From: Protoeuglena noctilucae
Taxonomy: Eukaryota
Assembly (NCBI GenBank): GCA_958009085.1
Contig: OY253682.1
Coordinates: forward strand, 186,001-250,000
DNA length: 64,000 bases
Direction of reading: 5' to 3'
In this document: positions 1 through 12,400 of the stretch, piece by piece
How positions within the stretch are numbered: the first letter of the stretch is position 1
Layout: each line of letters begins with the position of its first letter
Program-made: the position numbers and the translations under genes
The notes under the pieces: generated by a model
The model's database searches: none
The model's input: the letters and a program-made list of their open reading frames with translations, nothing else
Told to the model about the DNA's origin: nothing

Positions 1-1279
1 CCACGCGCACCCGCACCTGCCCTTGCGCTTGGCAAATTCGGCGTGCGTCGTGGCACGCGTGCGGAGGACCTCAGGGTCAGACAGCATGACGCGGCAGCAC
101 TCGTGGAGCAGAGCCTCGCGCGCCGCCTCGTCGACGGGCTCGGGCACGGCCGGGGCAGCCGGGGCAACCTGCAGGTGCGTTGGTGCACACATCAGACATC
201 GGTTGGGTGGGGCGGTGTGCCAGGGACATGCAAGTCGCGAGAATGAGGGCAGTCAGATGCAAGTGAGATGCGCCGCAATGCCGGGCGGCCGTCAACGAGG
301 CAGGCTATCTCTCAACCAAACACACACTTGAAATAGCAGTGGCGCGCAGGCGTACATTGCACGCGGCAATCACCTGCGGGATCGCCGCCCACGCCCCCGG
401 GACCTGGCGCGCGGCGGAACGGGCGATCGGCTCGACGGAAGACACCGCCACCACCGGGCTGGAGGCCGGGGCGACCGTCCCATAGCACGGGGCCACGGGC
501 GCGACCATTGCATGTGCGACGGCGGGCTGGGCGGGGATGTCCATTACGACCGGCGGCGGAGTGAGGATGCGCGGGGCCGACGCGGGGGCCCGGGGCTCCC
601 CGGCGACCATGAGCTGGTCCGCTGGGGCAGCGAAGAGCGAGGGCAGGGCCGCGAACGGGTCGTTCTCTGCGCACTCCGGCGTGGGCGCGCTGGTCCGGCG
701 AGACTTGCCCTCCCGTGCTCCATGGAAGGCCGCGAAAGAGTCGAGGTCGATGGACTGCGGGGAAGTTACGGGGCCAACTGATCAAGTCGCTCTCGCCGGC
801 CGTCCCCGCCTACTCCCGCAGGCGCTCAACTCCCGCGCCTGCCGCGCAGGTAGAGTGGATCTTCGGAAACTCACAGGTGGCCGCTTCTTGGCTCCGGCGG
901 GCGACAGGGCGGGGCTGCCGTCCACAGAGACGGCAGTGCTCTCGGCAAGCTTATCCTCCGCGATGCTCCACATCTGCGTCTCCTCGCCGCTGCCAACGGC
1001 ATCCGGAGAGCCGCAGAGCGCGCGCGAGTAGGGCGCGGCGGGCGCTAGCGCCGGGTCCGCGAAGAGCGAGGCGTCCTTTGCAGCGGGCGCTGGAGGGGCG
1101 AGGAACCGCGCCACGTCGGGGTAGCGAGGCGCCGCGGAGGTGTGCGCCATGTTGAGAGAGGAGTCTTCAAGCAGGGAAGTCGCCGTGAAGAGCAAGTCGT
1201 CGGCGGCATCGACCGGGGTCGCCCCGAAGGTCTCGGCCCATTCAAGAAGCCCGTCGTCGAAGTGCAGGCCGTCTGCCAT
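1..1279 (-). CDS. Hypothetical protein (multi-exon, runs off window start)
   Basis: ATG at 1279 (MADGLHFDDGLLEWAETFG...) is followed by plausible exons at about 372-800 and 1-170 (VDEAAREALLHECCRVMLSDPEVLR). No family recognised. Confidence 0.4.
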
Positions 1280-3112
1280 GGTTGCGCCCGTCAGATTGGA
1301 CTGCGGGAGAGGGGAAGTGCAGGAGAAGGCGTCGTTCCCGCGCAGCGCGGCCCTGAGGTAAACGCACCGCGACCCTCCGTTTTCGGCAAGCCCCCGGAGC
1401 GCAAACGGGCGGGCGCGCGGCCAGTTCAGGGCCGAAAATAAACTCCTGACGCAACTATGGCGACCGCAGCGGCCAGAGGGGCTGCGCGGGGCCCAAGATG
1501 AGGGGTCCGGACCGCGCGCCCAAGGGGAACGTCGACGGGGGGCGCGGCCAGGTCCAGCGGGGGAGATGAGGGGTAAAGACTGCGACTTCGCGTCTCGCGT
1601 GGCCCGAGGCGCGCCGCCTGGGGCGCTCCAGCGCTCGCCCCGCACGGGCACGGAGAGGCTCCGCTCGCGGCATCTCGAGGTCGTGTTAAGATAAGGAAAC
1701 CACAGGGGCATGGGAAATCCGCGCCTCAGCAGCGCGCGGGGCGGCCCGGTCCGGCCCGCGGGCGCCCCAACGACCCGCGACCCGATGGCCATCCGGAGCG
1801 CGGGGCAGCGGTAGAGTGGAAACGTGATAAGTGGGCGGTGACCCGCAAACGACCGGGACGCCGGCCCTGCCCAGACAAAGGTGCGGGAAGGTGGTCCCAG
1901 CGGGGCGTGCGGGCGCGCGGGCATCTGACTCCCTCGCGTCGTCCAGCGACAGGAGTAGATGAGATCTCTCGAGCCTCACCCTCGCTGGAGCAGCTGCGTG
2001 AAGATGCCTTCCGTGTGGTGAGCGACGCGAGCCCTTCGCGTCGTCCAAACGTTTGTGAAGTCTTTGAGCGTGTGAGGTAGCCTGGATAAGTGCGGGTCGG
2101 GAGCATCGCGGCGAGACAAAGACCGCGGCTCTGGATCGGTGCTGGCGTTTCAGGGCGTACCCAGTCTGAACTGGGGCTTATCCATTCTTCCCAGGCCCTC
2201 CCAGGCCCCTTCAACCTCAGACCCTCCCCACTCCCCCGTACCCAGCTCCCGTCATCTCCTTCAACCCCCTGTCTCGCACGCTATGCCACCCAGCAGAGCA
2301 GCAAGCATACAGCAAGCAGAGCACGGCAACTACACAGCGAGGGGCGCCGGGATGACGCTCAAGGCGACGTTTACGCCGCAAGCTGGTCCGGTTCCGGTTC
2401 AGCTTGCTGGCTGGCGGGAACCGGTGCAGGGTAGGTCGGCTGGGGAAGGGGCCCGAACTTCTCCTCAAGGCATCAAAGAGGCTGCAGACCCGGTCCAGCT
2501 GTTTCTCAGTCATGCCAAGGACGCCGGCGACGTTCCCCACCTGCACAAGGGGTCCGCGAGAGCGGTAGAGGTGTGCAAGGGCCACGGGACCTTGCGTGAC
2601 GAGGGCTCACACCCACGCGCAACTCACCTCGTCCACGTTTCAGGGCAGTTGGTACGCGTCGGACTGCCGCCCCTGCTCCCCTTCGACGGACCTGTGGGAG
2701 TGATTCAAAGCTGGTCTCCACGATTGCGACGCGGGTAGGGGCTCCACGGGACAGCAGCTGCTCACGTGCTGGGCTGGGGCGTCTGGGCGCTCGATGCCGC
2801 CTCGGTCGCCGCAGCAGGGTTCTCTTCATGCCTCCTGATGACCCGCCTGCGTCACAATAGCACGGGAGCCAGGTCGCACGGGTAGCAAAGCAGCTTGTGA
2901 GGAGTTGCACCTGCTGCATGCGTCTGCTGCCGCTCACTCGAGTGCGACCTTCGTCCTCATGAGGCAATTGAGGGAGTAGGCCATGTAGGGCGTAAGTTTC
3001 ACGGACTTGCCGGCGGTCGCCTCTTCCAGGGAGCCCACTCCACTGTCAAGTCTTCAACTGGCGGTCTACGAACTGCAAGACCGGCAACCGCTGAGGCACA
3101 CGAAAGGAAGCG

Positions 3113-4922
3113 TTACGGCAGCCTACTCGAAACCTCCGGGGCGTGCGCCTCGAGGGTCGCCCACTGGTCGGCGCTGAGCGACAGGCCCTTAGCTCCCGGC
3201 TTCATGTCCCCTTCCTCGCCGTAGTACTCGCGCACATCCACAAGAAGCTTGCCCTTGAAGTCCCGCACGGTGACGCGCCGCTTGGGTGCCAGCTCGGCGG
3301 AAAAGGTCACGTCTCGCGCATCCACGGCCGCGCGCACGGTGTCCATGATCCCCGCCAGCCCCTGCCACTCCGCCACCGACAGCGCAATGCCCTTCTTCCC
3401 CGGGCGCCACTCGCCCGTCCCCGCCACCTGGTAGTACTCCCGCAAATGCACAAAGCACTTGCCCTTATACTGCGGGCGGGTGTTACACTGTGTTAGGCTC
3501 TCCTCCACAGCGGCCCGCAGCGCCGTGCGCGTGCGTGTATCGCAGTCATGTCGCATCCCATACTCTGCCGGCACCTGGTTGATCGTCACCCTGCGCCCGC
3601 CCCCGAGATCCCCATGCCAGTCGTCCCCGCTCTGCTCGGCGGGCTTCGCCCCTTCCGCACGCACCGTTGCTCCCGCCCCAGCCCGGCTGCCGCTCGCCGC
3701 CCCGCCGGACTGCTGCAGCTGGCGCGTCAGCGTCGGCGCGGCCTGCAACGGGGTCCTGGGGTGGTGATGTGACGAGGAACACACAGCACCCACCCAGCCA
3801 CCCGCGCCCCCGCGTCCCTGCACACGCACCTGACACAAGGCGTCCCACTGCGCCGGCGTCAGGTTGATGCCCTTCTTCCCCGGCCGCATCTCTCCACCCG
3901 CGTCGTAGAACTCCCGGAGACCGCCAGAGAGATGCCCGCCGTAATTGGAGACCAGGGCACGTCGCATGGACCCCTCGCCTAGGCCGACCTCAAAGCTGAC
4001 GTCCTGCGCAGGTGGACAAGAACGATGATTGCCATGCCATGCAAACTGCTCGACGTGGACCATGGCCTCGCTGCCCCGACTGCATGGCTAGGTGTGCTGC
4101 TGTGGGCAGTGCAGCGTGGCCCCTCCATGGTGTGGAGGGTCCACTCCACACACACTACACGCTCGCCTTCTCGCTGAGCCGGTCGCTGATGGTGTCCATG
4201 TGCTGAACCAGGAAGGCCCACTCCGCAGGCTTGAGGGAGAGCCCCTTTGGGGACGGCTTTAGCTCCCCTGCGTGGTGCAGCAGGCTCCGATTGAGGGTTG
4301 GCGCCACCTCAAGAGCTCAGGCAGATAAAGAAGCTAGCAATGGAGAACCGTTCCGGCCGCACCCACGCACCCGTGCTCTTGTCCACGTAGAACTCGCGCA
4401 CATCGACGCTGTGGTGGCCCTTCCACTCCCGGACGGCCGCCTTCCTCACGTTCGTCGCCCCCGGCTCCGAAAGAACGATGCCATCAACCTCTCCCTCAAC
4501 CGTCCTGGGCCCGGCGCCCGCAGCAGAGGCCGAGCGCGGCCCAGCGCTCCCTGCGACCCTGGCGACCTTGGCCGCCGGGTGCGCCGCCTCCTCCTCCTCA
4601 GCGGCGTCTCCATCGTACGGGCGCTTCCATACCTCGCTCCTCGGGGCCGGCTCGGCCTTCAGATTGTCCAGATGCGCCTCAATGACGCTCTTGATCGCTG
4701 CCTTGTGCGCTGAGACGTCTGCCTGCACGTCGGAGCGCGGACGATGCAGTTCACGAGAGCCCTGCCTTGCCACACAACGGACACGCAGCAAGCCGGCGAG
4801 GTCGGCGCCCGCACCAGCCCCAGGCGCTGCGCGACAACAGCGCGGATGTCCCGCTCCGTGGTTGTGCCCAGATCCGCGTCTTGGAGAACAGCACGCGTTG
4901 TTTCTTTCACGCGGGCTTCCAT
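3113..4922 (-). CDS. KELP-like transcriptional coactivator: N-terminal DEK_C-like domain plus four PC4/Sub1 ssDNA-binding domains
   Basis: Exon 1 MEARVKETTRAVLQDADLGTTTERDIRAVVAQRLG is DEK_C-like. Four PC4 motifs follow: VDVREFY..KPSPKGLSL, LREFY..RPGKKGINL, LREYY..RPGKKGIAL and VDVREYY..KPGAKGLSL. Stop TAA at 3113-3115. Confidence 0.85.
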
Positions 4923-5462
4923 CGCTGCCAGCTTCGGATGCGCGCGGTCGGCGACGGGCCTGAGAATGGACAGGCGAGGTGGATGTCTCTGAAGGGCCTG
5001 CACTGTCCTGAGGCGATGCAGGACGCGTTACCTAGTGCCGAATGCTGGACTGGGATCGCAGCTGGCCGTGATGACCGGCAACGAGCACGGTAAGAGTGGT
5101 TCCGACACTGGCGCCGGTGACGAGCAAACCCAACTCGGGAGCGCTTGCACGGGCACTATTTTCAACTATTTGCCAGGCGAGAGAGCAAGCGGTAGCGCTG
5201 CGCAGAGAGGAATAGCGAGAGAGGTGTTGCGCCTGATAAAAAATGCCGAAAGGAAGTGACGGCGTTGGGTAGGCAAGTCATCCATGCGTAGGGCGTAGGG
5301 TAGTATCTCATCATACAATCTAGGAACAGACCAGTGACCACTGAGGTCGCTGATATAGGAGAAACATGGCCATGCAACTTAGTCTGCATCCCACTCGCTG
5401 TGACGTGGTGAAGTGCGTGTGCCCGGGCAGCCCGCCAGCCTGCCAGCCAGCCATGCGTCCTC

Positions 5463-7460
5463 TCATCCCGGGGACCCCAGCTGGGGCACGGGGGCCACCC
5501 TCCAGTCGATGATATCCAGCAGAAGCAGCTCCATCATCATGGCCTGCCCTGCAAGTGCGAAGGGAGCTGGGAAGGTGAGTGCCAAGCTTGCGGTCAGGGT
5601 GCCGAGGAGGGCGGGTGGCGCGATGCGCCAGGACGCGTGCCTCGGATGCTCATGTCATGCGCGCGCCCTGACCTGCCGTCCAGGGGGTGTCCCGGTTGCC
5701 GTGGGGGTTGATGGCCCCTTGCAGGTGGTTGAGGAAGGCAGCTGGGCTGTAGACGGGCGTGCCGACGACCTTGGACGCCAGGTTGAGGCACATGGCCTCG
5801 AGCAGCACTGAGGCCGTGTGCTGCTTGTTGCTGTCCCGCAGAAAGTCCAGGAAGGCAGCGCACGGGGCGGGAGCGCGTCCCGGGCCGTTCGCCGACATCT
5901 CCAAACGGAAACGGACGGCCCCGTGGAACTGCGACCCGATCACAGCGACGTCTGCAAGGATCGGGAAAGCCCAGGGCTGGGTCCTTGTCTCAGGTCCGCC
6001 TGGCGCAAGCGGTGGCATGCGCACCGCCCGTGGCCACTGCAACCCACCTGGCGGGATCTGGTAGACTTCAGCGACGCGGAATATGCTCTCCGCGGGGTGG
6101 AGGGGGGTGAAAGGGATGCCCACGTACAGCAGGGCGGCCGGGGGCTGCGCGCTGACCCACATGTTGGATGCATGAAGGTCCACCTGGGTGGGCAAAGAAA
6201 GCATGCCCGGCAGCTTAGATCGAGCGGGAAGCGCTCCACACCGCGAAGCCCCCTCTCTGCACAGAGCACCGCGGCCCTGGCGACGCACCCGCTCCTCTGA
6301 ATAGAGCTTGGCCACCACCCTGTCCGCGTCGTGCACAGCGCCGTGCGTGTTCGTCTGCAAGCCAAAGCGAGCCACCCGCGGTCCCGAGTGCCGCGGCGAT
6401 CGTCATGAAAGGGTCATTGTCATGGAGCGTCCTGTGGAGTGGAGGGGTTGGGCTTCTCTGCTGTACTTACCTCTCCCAGGGACTTGGCCAGCCTCGACAC
6501 AGAGAAGGCGCCCAGGTCCTCCTGGCACGCGAGAGACGCCGGGGCACTCCGCGCATCGAGCGCATCGCGGCAGATCGGGGCCTGCGAGGGCGGCTGCCTC
6601 GGGATCCAGCCCTGGAGGTATCCCCAAGCCTCCGGCGGCCTGCGCCATGCCAGCGCCCCGCCTCACCTGAGCCGGCTCCGCACATCCCGCTGAACCCTGC
6701 GCCGAACGGAGGCCGGCGTTCGTAGCTTCGATGGGCGAGTCCTCCGCGCTCATGGTATAGTCCATGGGGCAGCCGTGGGCAAGGTCGGAAGGAGCTGGCT
6801 CAAACCTGCGTGAAAAGGCGCGCCGGATATCAAATTCAGGTTCTTGCAGCGTCTGTTGTCCTTCGCGTTCGAAATCCTCGCCCGCAGCCGCTGTCGCGGG
6901 CGGGCGGGGCGGAAAGAGCACCCAGCGTGGCCGCCACAGGCGAGGACTCAGCGCGCCGTCCCCGGGGGGCTAAACTCACCTCTTGGTGCCCTGGACATCT
7001 TTCAGCGCGGTATCCGTTCCTGTGGGGGAGAAGAGGAGGCGCAGCGTCGCCGGGAGGGGCAGGCCGGGCACCCAGGGACCAGGGTGCTGCTGCACGAGGT
7101 GGCCCCGCCGCGGGTGGCCGACCGAGGCTCCAACCCACCTCCCCCGGACAAGTGGCCAAAAATGCTGTACGACGACGTGGTGTTGGACGAGGTGGTGCAC
7201 GAGCGCTCCCTCCGAGACGGCTGGCGGACGTGGACCTGCGGAACGCAAAGCCAAGCGCCGCAAGGTCGCTACTCATGTCCATCACGAATCCAGAAAGGCA
7301 GACGCGCCGCGTCGCAGCGCTGGGGGGACGACGGGCGGGCCGCCAAACGCCCCGGCTGCGAAGGGGGATCGAGCCGCTCCCGGGGAGCGCAGCGCCGCGA
7401 ACGGCGACCGTCGGCGAGGAATGACTCCTCTCGACGCGTCGTCACCTGGTTGTACTGCAT
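5463..7460 (-). CDS. Hypothetical protein (multi-exon; 5' end uncertain)
   Basis: Coding-like segments bounded by GT/AG at about 6667-6890, 6286-6375, 5672-6184 and 5463-5548 (GQAMMMELLLDIIDWRVAP..., TGA). No family recognised. Confidence 0.4.
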
Positions 7461-7654
7461 GGAGAAAGCGGGCCGAAAATCCGGGCTGCCCCCGGCTGGT
7501 GGCGGTGCAGGTGGAGGCGCTCAGAGCCCCGGCGCGCAAACAGAGGCAGCAGCGCGCTTGTTCAAGCAAGGTTGGCCCGCTGGTGGGCGGCCGGGAGCCA
7601 ACAAGCGCCGCCACAGGGCCGCCAGGCACCAACTGGCGCGCCGCGTGCGTCAGG

Positions 7655-9174
7655 CTAGCCAAACATGTCGAGCGCATCCTCAGCGACCGCCGCGGCGGAG
7701 ACTTTCCGGCTCGGTGAGATGGAGCTCTCGCCGCCTCCCCCCGGCACGCGCGCCGCATCCGCAGGGTCGAACCATTGCTGGTTGCGGAGGTAGACCCCCG
7801 CATCGCCAGTGGCGTTGACTGCGACCGAGGCAACCGGGGCCAGGTGCTCGCCAGTGGGCCAAACCAAGCCACAGCAACGCAGCCCGGCCCGCCCGCGCCT
7901 CCGCACCGAGGTCCGACACGGCTGCCGTGAGCTCGTCAAACGCCCTCCGCTGGCCCTCGGGGACCCAGGACTGGCCCCACTTCTTGTCGACCTGCGGCTC
8001 CAGTCCCTGCAGGCACGCAGGAAGCGGGGAGCGTGGCATTTAACCGGGAGTCACCGCACGCGCCCCATGCTCATGCGAAGGCAGGCACCCACCGTGGCTC
8101 GCGCCTCCCGCAGCATGCGCTGCCACCTCTTGCCGTGCTCCTGGGTCCCCCCAAGTCTCCTCAGCGCCTCCAGAGGCGACTCCCTGCGGCAGCAACATCG
8201 CCCAGTGGTCAAGCTCCCGCCCTCGCCCGACCAAGAGTCGACCAGCGCGCCAGAGTTGCCGAGCCCGCACCCGCTCAGCAGATCCCGGGCGACGCGCTTC
8301 CGCAGCTCGCCCACGTCGGCAGCCGCTCCCGCGTCCCCGTCGCCCCGGGCCACGTGTGCAGCGGCCCCCGAACTCGGCCCCGCGCCCCTGCCATTGCTCG
8401 CCATCTTGACCGACCCCCGGGTCGTCACCCTCTTCACCCAATCGGGGTCCAGCGGCTGCTGATCCACGTTCTCCAACCAGGCGTCCCTGAGCAGCAGTAA
8501 TCGGGATCCACAAGCGACGTGAGGTGGGCAATGGGGACAGGGCGCGTCCCACAGGCCTCCATGGAATCCAGGCGACGGCAACGTGATCATGTAATCGACC
8601 TACCGAACGGTGTCGTCGTTTTGGACGTATGTCCCGTCCGGAAGGAAGAATCCCTCCCGTCGCTCGCGGCGCAAGTTGAAGGGCTCGATCGGGACCCCGC
8701 TGTTGGCCCAGAAAGCGTCCTCCACGGTCGCCGGAACCGACGGATCGTCCTCTTCCCCGTTTCCATCTCCTTCAAACCTCTCTGCGTCGTAGGAGCGGGC
8801 GGTCAGATGCTCGTGCAATGACTGCGTCCGCTGCGTCATCCAACCACTTTCAAGACCGATGCGCGGCTCCGAGAATCGCAATTCACCTTCGATAGTCTCC
8901 CTGCGCATACGCCGCCTCTTGGCAGCGGCGTCCCTAAACAGCTGGGCCTCGAGCTCCTCGTGCGTCGCTTCCGGTGGCTCATCCTCGACGTCCTCCGGCT
9001 CCGGGTCCCCGAGGCTCCGCTCATCACCTCCTTCGCCGTCCTCTCCTGCCGCCCGCGAGCCCTGGGAGGGTCCGAGCATCGGTTCACATTAGTTACACGG
9101 TTTGATGACGATTCCGCACCTTCATCCGCCCGTACCTGCTCGCGCTCGAGTTCCAACAGCTGCATGGGGTCCAT
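7655..9174 (-). CDS. CD2BP2: CD2BP2/LIN1 (U5 snRNP 52K)-like protein
   Basis: Motifs GVPIEPFNLRRERREGFFLPDGTYV, DAWLENV, ESPLEALRRLGG and FDELTAAVSDL are typical of LIN1/CD2BP2. The last exon ends ...ALDMFG, stop at 7655. Confidence 0.7.
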
Positions 9175-9499
9175 GGCAGCAGACGCGCCACGACAGCTGC
9201 CGCGATGGCGGGCTCAGTGGCAGCAATGTGTCGATCCCACGCTGTTGTACCAGCTACGAGCCTTCCCTGTATTCAACAGCCACGCAAAGCCAGAGAGGAA
9301 CAAAGTGCCGCGACGGTCCGCTCTCTCAGGCGCTATGACTCGGCCATGCAAGCCTGCGTTTCCATGCTTGACACCGATGCCACGACGCGGCTACCATTAA
9401 CGCCATCGCTACGCAGCGCGCACCCCGCCGACCTCATCTACGCAATCTACCCAGCACATCTCGATGCCCCGCTCCGCCGGCCCCGCACGCCCGGCTCCT

Positions 9500-12400
9500 T
9501 CACCAGTCGTCGAAGCGGGCGAGGTTCTCATTGATGGCGCTGATGTCCTTCTGCACCTTCTTGCGCCGGTAGAAGATCGGGCAGTCGCGCGAGGTGCACA
9601 GCACGTCCTGGTGCAGCGACTCCTGGCACCGCTGGCACTGCGTCCACAGCTGCGCGTACTGCCCCTCGAACGCCTGTGCTGACGTCAGCAGCTTGTGGTA
9701 GATCTCGGCCTCCCGGGGCTTGCAGTGGTCGCACACTGTCGCCTCGCCCTTGGTCAAAGGCGACTTGCAGCCCAGGCACGCCAGGCGCTTCTGCGCAAAC
9801 TTCATGATGCCTCCCGATTGGGTCGAGGGAGTGGCGATGACCACGTTGCGCGTGTGCTCGCCCGTGAGCAGCTCGCGGGGGTTCTGCGGGGTTTGAGGGT
9901 GGGGGTGAGGGTGAGGGTGGCAGGGAGGGTGGTCGTGGGGGTGGCAGGGAGGGTGGTCGTGGGGTTGGCAGTGACGCTCACTGACGGCGTCTGTATGGTC
10001 ATATCACCACCCAGTCTCGCCTTCATCATGAACTCAGAAATGCTCACTACCAGCGCCTGCATAATCATCGTAATATCATTGTGGTATCATCATAGCAATA
10101 CCACCCCCCACGCCTCGCCTTCATGATGGGCTCGAAGATGCGCATGAGGGGCTTCTCCAAATGGTGCTCCAGGTAATGCTGGGCGTCGATGGGGAGGTTG
10201 TTCTCGAGCACGAATATGGGGTCCTCTGCCTTTTCGAATGTCTTGGCGTTCTTGGGGCCCTTGACGATGACGTAAGCGATGCGGTCCCCCACCTGGGGAC
10301 CTGCGGGGGCGGGGTTGGGGATCAATCCGGTTAATTGGAGGGGACCACTTGTTCCTTCGCAGACGGGGGTGGGGTTTGAACCAATACCAACACTTTCCAT
10401 ACCCACACCCACACCCCCTCTCACCCGTGGCCGGGTCCCTCTTCCTCATCTTCTTGGCCACCTCATCCATGCCATCATCACTACCCACACCTATACTCAC
10501 ACTACCCATACCAATACCCCCACCCACACTCACCCGTGGCCGGGTCTCTCTTCCTCATCTTCTTGGCCAGCTCCACGTGGGGTGCCGTGACTTCGTACGC
10601 CTCCGGTTCTTGCGACAGAGCCTTGGTCACCACCAGCAGAGACAGGTCCATGCGGTTCATCAGCAGGTCCGAGATGGTCTCCTGCATTCCATACAGGCCC
10701 ATGCTTCGTTCATTAAACAGGTACATAAATAGCACTGGTATCCCATCTCCCCACCCCCACCCGTCCACCCCAACCCTATCTCCATCCCCACACCTCAACG
10801 TAGCTCTCTGCCACGCCCACTCCCTTCCACCCACCCATCCCCACCCCAATCACAAACCCACTCTCACCTTGACGTAGCTCTCTGCCCTCTTCACGTCCCT
10901 CCTCATCAATATGTCCTGCAGGCACCGGTCGATGACTTGGCGCACCAGCTCACAGTTGTCACGCCTCACTGTCTCAATGCCCTTGGTGTCCATCTTGTCG
11001 GCTTTCTCGGGCTTCGTCCACAGAAGGCCCGCGTAGCGCTTCTGGGGAGGGTGGGGGGGTAGTGAGGGTGGTGATGAGGGTGGCAGTGAGGGTGGCAGTG
11101 GGGGTGGCAATAGTGGGGGTGGTAGCAATGTGAGTGGCAATTAAGAGAGCGCATCGCCATGCACCGTAATGCCCATGAACTCCCAACCGCCTCTTGACCC
11201 CAAATAGGCCTCCCACCTTGGAGATGAGCAGGTATGGCCAGTAGACCTTCTCGAATTCCAGATTGATGGGCTTGATGAACGTGGCTGTGACATACTGCGC
11301 CGCCTCTAAGCCCAACTGCGGGTGGGGTGTGGGTGTGGGTGTGGGTGTGGGTGTGGGTGTGAGTGCGGGTGTGGGTGGGGGTGGAAGTGTGGGTGCGGGT
11401 GTGGGTGTGGGTAAGGCAATGGGTGTGGGGTGCGGGTGCAAGTGCGGGTGCCGGCGCTTCCCACCGCCTCACTTACACAGCACAGCATTGTCCCTAGCCC
11501 CGCCAACCTCTCGGTCACCCAGCACAGCACAGCATCGTCGCTACTAGTAACAGAAACACCCCCTCACTCACACCACACAGCACAGCGCAGCATCGTCACT
11601 ATTAGTTGATAACAAGCAGCCTCTCACCTCCATGGCCCTCTTCACGTCGTTGGTCCCGAACCGCACCATGACTGAGTCAGTGTCCCCGTAGATGACCTGG
11701 ATGGGGAGATGATAGTAATAGTGATAGTAATAGTAATAGTAATAGTAATAGTAATAGTAATAGTAATAGTAATAGTAATAGTAATAGTAATAGTAATAGT
11801 AATAGTAATAGTAATGGCACCATGACTAAATCGGTGTCCCCGTAGATGACCTGAATTAGAGGTGGGGGAGCAAGGACAGTTGTGATGGCCCCAGTCACCT
11901 CGCAGTCGTGCTCGTATCTGTTCTCCTACCCCCACCACCATCACCACCACCACCATCCCCACCACCCATCCCCACCCACTCTCACCTCGCAATCGTGCTC
12001 GTATCCGTTCTCCTTTCTGAACTTGTCCGACACCAGCCTCTTGGTGTGGTGGATCATGTCGCGACCGAAGGCAGTGACGGAACCGGAGATCTCCAGGCAG
12101 GGCATCTTGCCCACCGTGGCGCCCGTGAAGCCGTACACTGTGGGGGGGTGCCCAGGGAAAGGGGTGGCAGGTGGGGTTTGATGCGGCGACCTCTGTGCGT
12201 GGGTGAGGAGGTGGCTGCAGCCGGGTTTGGGTTTACCCAATACTCTCCCAAGCATGCCCACCTCCCACAGCCTCACTCGTCTGCTCAACGCACCCTCCAT
12301 TCCCCACTGATGCACTCATCTCTACACAAGTCCCTCACCCGAGTTGGCCGACACCTTGAGCGCCAGCTGCCGCCCGTTCAGCACTGCTTTTTTGAATTCG

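Noticed and set aside
1924..2990. Possible extra minus-strand gene between the first gene and KELP-like
   Set aside because: I could not assemble a consistent spliced frame or recognise any motif.
4165..4166. GC donor in the KELP-like gene
   Set aside because: An in-frame GT six bases downstream is also possible, so I left it out of the GC-AG count.
11642..11992. Poly-(IT) and poly-L ORFs
   Set aside because: They are translations of the intronic (TAATAG)n microsatellite.
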